Assembly: GCA_002269645.1 (NCBI GenBank)
Contig: NIVC01001064.1
Span: 37,159-101,158 of the forward strand
Origin: Macrostomum lignano
Taxonomy: Eukaryota
Direction: 5' to 3'
DNA length: 64,000 nt
Part shown: one piece after another, positions 58,680 to 64,000 of the stretch
Position numbering within the stretch: position 1 is the first letter of the stretch
Layout: each line of letters begins with the position of its first letter
Position numbers and translations under genes: made by a program
Notes under the pieces: model-generated
What the model was told of the DNA's origin: nothing
What the model saw: only the letters and a program-made list of their open reading frames with translations
Databases searched by the model: none

Positions 58680-59348
58680 ATGGCTAACACATTCGAATGC
58701 CCTGTCTGTCTAGACGATACTCTCACCAAGAAACCTCCGTGTATATGTGTAAATAACCACCGCGTATGCGGATCCTGCTTAAGTGATGCTCACCATATCC
58801 AGCCCTGGCAAGTCTGCCCCATGTGTCGTGGCGCCCTACGACAATGCATGATTTGTACATCATGGCGCACCCAAAAGTTCTGTACAAATGAACATTTCGT
58901 ATGCATGCAGTGTATCAAGAAATTAGCCAAACGAACAGTGCTCACGTGCCCTGAATGCGATGCTTTTCCTCTAGTAAAAATGCGCGATCAACTTTTACGT
59001 ATACAACCGGTACAAACGGTTCAGTTATCTGCATCCATAGTGCATCAACTCGCTCCAATAGACGTTATTCGCCGACTAGACGAGTGGCCCCTCCCTAGAA
59101 ACTCTCGCTCCGCATATGTGCACCTCGTTATGTACGCACATCATAACAGACACCAATTAATACTCTTTCCGTTACAACGTATTCAGCAACGTCTTTTACG
59201 GTACCTATCAATATGCGAGCAACCAAGTCTCCCATTTCACTGTGCTATAATACCTCTACTTATCAAAAAGCATGCCGAATTAACGATGCTATTAACCTAC
59301 AGCGAGATAACAGCCTGGCAAGGCGATACGTATGATGAAGTAGATTAG
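58680..59348 (+). CDS. Double-RING zinc-finger protein 1 (222 aa), putative E3 ligase
   Basis: CPVC...CVNNHRVCGSC...CPMC then CMIC...CTNEHFVCMQC...CPEC; C-terminal EWPLP motif. Confidence 0.8.
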   Translation: MANTFECPVCLDDTLTKKPPCICVNNHRVCGSCLSDAHHIQPWQVCPMCRGALRQCMICTSWRTQKFCTNEHFVCMQCIKKLAKRTVLTCPECDAFPLVKMRDQLLRIQPVQTVQLSASIVHQLAPIDVIRRLDEWPLPRNSRSAYVHLVMYAHHNRHQLILFPLQRIQQRLLRYLSICEQPSLPFHCAIIPLLIKKHAELTMLLTYSEITAWQGDTYDEVD

Positions 59349-59389
59349 TAAAGTTTACCAGTACCTTCTATTCTCTCACCCCCCCCCAG

Positions 59390-59899
59390 ATGGAGTCATG
59401 TCCCGTGTGCTACGACGAGGACGTCACACCGTTTGTCTACTGCCAGAACGGACACAGATTATGTTTCTTCTGCTGCACCACACAACTGATCGACAAATGT
59501 CCCTTGTGCCGAGCACCACCTACGAACTGCAAAGTGTGCAACGCCGTCCCACAAATACAGCTCTGCGAAAATAAGCACTGGGTGTGCCACGACTGCGCAC
59601 TATCGATACAGCGACACGACATCACGACCTGTATCACCTGCAACCAACAAATTCTCAACGACAACTTGCCGCAGCTGGACACGAACGAACAAAAAATCAA
59701 GCTGACGATGGAAAGCATGAACGGCATGACAACCACTCACCTAGCACAAATCATCCGGAACTGGCCTATTCCCCACGACCGACAACCGCACCTAACCTCC
59801 CTGTTTCAACGGGCCCGTTTGTACGCAATGACAGCAACTACGATACCGGCGGAGGAAATCTACCTACAACTACTACAGGACACCAACACTGCCGAGTAA
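59390..59899 (+). CDS. Double-RING zinc-finger protein 2 (169 aa)
   Basis: CPVC...CQNGHRLCFFC...CPLC then CKVC...CENKHWVCHDC...CITC; NWPIP motif. Confidence 0.8.
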   Translation: MESCPVCYDEDVTPFVYCQNGHRLCFFCCTTQLIDKCPLCRAPPTNCKVCNAVPQIQLCENKHWVCHDCALSIQRHDITTCITCNQQILNDNLPQLDTNEQKIKLTMESMNGMTTTHLAQIIRNWPIPHDRQPHLTSLFQRARLYAMTATTIPAEEIYLQLLQDTNTAE

Positions 59900-60206
59900 G
59901 TGCCGGTCCAACATCTCATCTGGCCGATTGCGGTATTAACAGCGAATTTAAATGACTACTTTATAATGATGCTTAACGATCACTTTGCGTCATGCTACTA
60001 ACAGTTCAAAATGTCTAAATATCACTTACGTTTAAGTAACGAAGGCCAATTAGAAGCTACACAGGGACACCCCTGTCTACCCACACCTACCCATTACAAA
60101 CAATGACGCTTTTAATACGGACCACTATATAAGTAGCTACACCGAATACCAGTCCATACCCTCACCCACTCCCTTACTCACCCAATCCAACGAGAAAAAT
60201 TCACAA

Positions 60207-60815
60207 ATGGATCACAACGACGACTGCCCCGTCTGCCTTGAGAGCAAACCCTTTCAAAGGCCAATGTGCCAGTACGGCCATCGGGTTTGCTTCTCCTGTT
60301 GTGACAGGGGGCTTTTCGACAGATGTCCACTCTGTCGAGACCCCCTAATCAACTGCAGCCTCTGCGGGGACGATCCGCAACTGAAGCTGTGCAGTTCCAG
60401 GCACTGGAGCTGCTTTAGCTGCCTGCAGAGGCTGGGGCGGCAGGGCATTACATACTGCCCAACCTGCACCAATTCCCTGGAAGCGCCGGCCGCAGAAATC
60501 GCCCGACGGGAGGACTTTCAACCGGAGCTCACACTCCACGATCTGGAAGCCCTCACCGCCCTGGAGATCTCCGCCAACGTGCAAGACTGGCCACTACCGA
60601 CCGAACTACACGGAGCACGGCGGAGTCTCATGACAGCGGCCCGGCGCTGCACCCTGACCGAAACCCTACTAAACCCACAAGATGTATATTACCACCTACT
60701 AGAAGCCGCAGAATCCCACCACCATCACCAACTCCAATTCCTCATTTACCCCATAGCAGTATTAATGGTCAGGGTGCAAAGACTCTTCCACAGCTTCCTA
60801 GCCGAACACCTTTAA
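60207..60815 (+). CDS. Double-RING zinc-finger protein 3 (202 aa)
   Basis: CPVC...CQYGHRVCFSC...CPLC then CSLC...CSSRHWSCFSC...CPTC; DWPLP motif. Confidence 0.8.
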   Translation: MDHNDDCPVCLESKPFQRPMCQYGHRVCFSCCDRGLFDRCPLCRDPLINCSLCGDDPQLKLCSSRHWSCFSCLQRLGRQGITYCPTCTNSLEAPAAEIARREDFQPELTLHDLEALTALEISANVQDWPLPTELHGARRSLMTAARRCTLTETLLNPQDVYYHLLEAAESHHHHQLQFLIYPIAVLMVRVQRLFHSFLAEHL

Positions 60816-61060
60816 CCCCAGTCCCCATACCCCATAGGTTCCTACACGATTGTATATATTATCAGAATAAACAATAAATTACGGTTCTCATTATTGCTCT
60901 GTTACGGAATACACTATACTGTGCTTGTTGCCATATTCAAATCTGCGTATACAATGTAGCTTCGCAAATAAACAATAATTATCAAGAAGCTTGTAAACCG
61001 TGTAACCTGTTTAATTCCTCATTGTACACCTAAAATCACCCGAGGTATTGTAAATTCGGG

Positions 61061-61088
61061 ACGAATTTTTCGTAAAAAAGGGAGATAT
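61061..61088 (+). other. Polypurine tract preceding LTR B
   Basis: GACGAATTTTTCGTAAAAAAGGGAGATAT directly abuts TGTAGAG, the usual layout at the 3' end of a Gypsy internal region. Confidence 0.6.
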
Positions 61089-62096
61089 TGTAGAGATCTC
61101 CAAATAAGATACAAAGTATACTACTATAAGTAGCAACATGAAGATGCGAAAAACTCGAATGTTACAAAAATTGCAAATTGTCATACTCTATTTTTAAAGA
61201 CCACGAAAACAACAAGTGACCATCTTTTGCAAAATTTAAATTTAGAACTCCGAATATGGTATCGGCGCTCAAAGCTAATGTATTCCATAGGGGTCAAATT
61301 TCCAAAGCGCTAAACTGTCACCTACTAAAAATAATCTGTTTTTCAAGAAGTTTTCCTATAAATACAAGCCAAAATCCGAGCTAAAAATCTCAGACTCGGA
61401 GCAGCCTCTGAAGATCTTGAAGCTTGCTGGAGCAGCTAAGCGAGGCTACATCTCTGAGGAAATACCTACCGTTCGGTAAGCTCTTGTTCGAGCCTTTGTT
61501 ATTGATTTTGAGAGCGATTTATTGCCGGCCGCTACTGTCCAGTCGATTCGACTGAGTTCATTGAATTTGAGGCCTCCCATTTTCCTAAGGGATTGGATAG
61601 GATCTGCGGACCGATTCCGATACCCTTAGAGGATTATCGAGTTAATTGATTTTGGTTATCCTAGATTAACCGATAGGAGCACACGACTCCGATTCCGTTA
61701 TTGCTAGAAGAAGACGCCCTTCTTGGAGGACCTCGTGGTTATTACAGAAAGTTGATTGTGTTATAAGGGCGTCTCGTTGATATTGATTACTGAGCTTAAG
61801 GCCTATATTGATTTTTGCATTCGAGAAATACTGCGACGTCGCCTGATCTGATTGTCACGCTCTCATTCGGCCGATTCGAGACTTCAAGAAGATTCCTCCG
61901 GAGAAGAAGAAGATTTGAAGAAGCGAACTCAACAAACGGGCACAACAAAGAAGATACAAGGAACGAGATCGGAGAACCTGCCCGACACAGAAGAGGAGCC
62001 CGCCACCGTAAGTAAACACTTTAATCTGTTCCCAGGCTTAAGTGTCTGGAAGTGGGAGTTTTCGGGAGACTGATCACCTCCCGAATCAACTATTCA
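61089..62096 (+). mobile_element. LTR B (1008 bp), same family and orientation as LTR A
   Basis: TGTAGAGATCTC start, TCAACTATTCA end; long shared blocks with 29160-29825 (e.g. CCGATTCCGATACCCTTAGAGGATTATCGAG). Confidence 0.78.
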
Positions 62097-62683
62097 CGCT
62101 CTCTAGTGTGCTAAAGCGAATTCGGAAGTATTTCTGTGGCTTATTTCAATTGTTTTACAGAAATAGTAAAAATACTCGAGACCTGGACAAACAACCAAGC
62201 CCCGAGTAGTTTAACCTCACCCCCGTAGTAACCCGCCTGTCCATTTTTATAAACCGGAGAAACGTGCCATTCTATAAAATTCTATAAAATGCTCAGTATA
62301 CACCTAGAGAGCGATCTCGATGGAAAGCCCTCAGGAATGTCAGAGTATCACGCTGCTAGAGACAATCCTACGAGCGTATATTCGTGGCCCTATTGGGCAT
62401 AAGAAATGGGGAAATAGAGAACTTTTTTGTTAATTGTTATTACCCCCGATTTTTACAAAACGTGGTCAAAGGAAGAAGAATTGAACCTAATTGTATTATA
62501 TTTATATAAAAAATTACCTATTACTTCACCTCTAAAGTTCACAGAGGAAGACGTTGAGAGAGCATTATTTCTCTTATATATAAGACCAATTACAATGTCA
62601 AGTAGAAATGAATTTTTTAATGTTTCCTCATATTTATTGTGTATTATATTGGAGAGAGAGTACCCTATTAAAGAAATTCTGAG

Positions 62684-63284
62684 AACCTGTTGCCTGTGAA
62701 ATATACCACAAGCCAATGTCCCCTCATGCTCTCAACCTGTTGCCTGTGAAATATACCACAAACCAATGTCCCCTCATGCTCTCAACCTGTTGCCTGTGAA
62801 ATATACCACAAGCCAATGTCCCCTCATGCTCTCAACCTGTTGCCTGTGAAATATACCACAAGCCAATGTCCCCTCATGCTCTCAACCTGTTGCCTGTGAA
62901 ATATACCACAAGCCAATGTCCCCTCATGCTCTCAACCTGTTGCCTGTGAAATATACCACAAGCCAATGTCCCCTCATGCTCTCAACCTGTTGCCTGTGAA
63001 ATATACCACAAGCCAATGTCCCCTCATGCTCTCAACCTGTTGCCTGTGAAATATACCACAAGCCAATGTCCCCTCATGCTCTCAACCTGTTGCCTGTGAA
63101 ATATACCACAAGCCAATGTCCCCTCATGCTCTCAACCTGTTGCCTGTGAAATATACCACAAGCCAATGTCCCCTCATGCTCTCAACCTGTTGCCTGTGAA
63201 ATATACCACAAGCCAATGTCCCCTCATGCTCTCAACCTGTTGCCTGTGAAATATACCACAAGCCAATGTCCCCTCATGCTCTCA
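62684..63284. repeat. Homogeneous 50-bp tandem array, 12 copies
   Basis: AACCTGTTGCCTGTGAAATATACCACAAGCCAATGTCCCCTCATGCTCTC repeated, with one variant base near 62762. Confidence 0.97.
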
Positions 63285-64000
63285 CCCTCGGTGTTCAACC
63301 CCTCCAAAAAATTACAGGTCTCCTTTCTCTCCAGATATTTTACTTTCACACACAACTCCCCATTGTAAATGTCGTGTCGTAGCAATAAGTAGGACTCTTT
63401 TCTATTTGAGATAGCTCTTAGCTGAGCACAGAATATACGAGACTTCAACTGATAGCCAAACCGGCCTTTATATTAACTTGACAACAACCGACGGCAACAT
63501 GCCGCCTACATCTCGAGTACAGAGCGATCCAACTTCAAGCTTTAGCATATAGATAGAAAGATGCAACGTGCCGCGCGCACACTAAGTACATTGGTAATGA
63601 GTACACTAGATATTAAGTACGCAGATACGCAACGCGAGTCAGAGATAGTTAATGGGCCCCGCCAAGCGGCGCCACAGTAAATATGACCTCCTGGTAATAA
63701 TAATAGTTTTATATAAGGGGGTGAGTCGACTCGCGAGTGCGCGAATGCGCCGAGCAATAAGATGGAGCTCACCCCCTCATACTCGTATTAAACTACTACT
63801 ACTCCTTACCGGACGTATCCTGCCCCACTTACCTGACCCACCTGTTCTTCCCTATCCTGTTCGTTGAGATCCAGTCTGAATGGTGCAGCTTTTCACTACT
63901 GCATAAAAGACGGTATCGAGAAGGCCAGCAGTCGCCGTCCGGAAATTGACCAGCCAGAGAAGGTCTGCGCCTATCTTAATGACAAATTGGAATCTGAACA

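Noticed and set aside
26575-62104. Target-site duplication around LTR A and LTR B
   Set aside because: The flanks GAACC and CGCTC do not match, so pairing of the two LTRs is unproven.
62427-62699. 90-aa ORF preceding the 50-bp array
   Set aside because: TTG start, no recognisable motif, and it runs into the repeat.
63855-64000. Possible start of a gag-like reading frame (LRSSLNGAAFHYCIKDGIEK...)
   Set aside because: Too short and cut by the window edge to assign.

Overview
Eukaryotic (animal, probably invertebrate) genomic DNA dominated by nested mobile elements. The style is reminiscent of a free-living flatworm, but the species cannot be established from the sequence. There are two host-type genes: a three-exon HSD17B7-like short-chain dehydrogenase (minus, 1260-3755) and an intronless type II membrane GT-A glycosyltransferase (minus, 23247-24431). 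The left half holds an apparently intact hAT transposon (8-bp TSD, spliced 845-aa transposase), a MITE with a 9-bp TSD, an RTE-like LINE whose 5' half is inverted exactly as expected from twin priming (12-bp TSD), and about 1 kb of (TTAG)n. The right half is a composite. A Gypsy-type LTR (26583-29825, interrupted by a 2.2-kb LTR) is followed by degraded pol fragments, then two tandem copies of an endogenous Polinton/adintovirus-like virus (about 31965-58470). The virus encodes a protein-primed PolB, major and minor capsid proteins, an A32-like ATPase, pX-like core proteins, a two-TM protein and a restriction-endonuclease-like ORF; no integrase or protease is visible. After it come three paralogous double-RING ORFs, a polypurine tract and a second LTR of the same family (61089-62096). 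Each viral copy starts with a 260-290-bp fold-back whose arms show compensatory changes. The copy-1 polymerase is interrupted by two solo LTRs and a 5.66-kb Helitron filled with a 23-bp minisatellite. Many viral frameshifts fall in homopolymer runs and could be assembly errors. Identity values are by-eye estimates and protein assignments come from motif recognition, not database searches.
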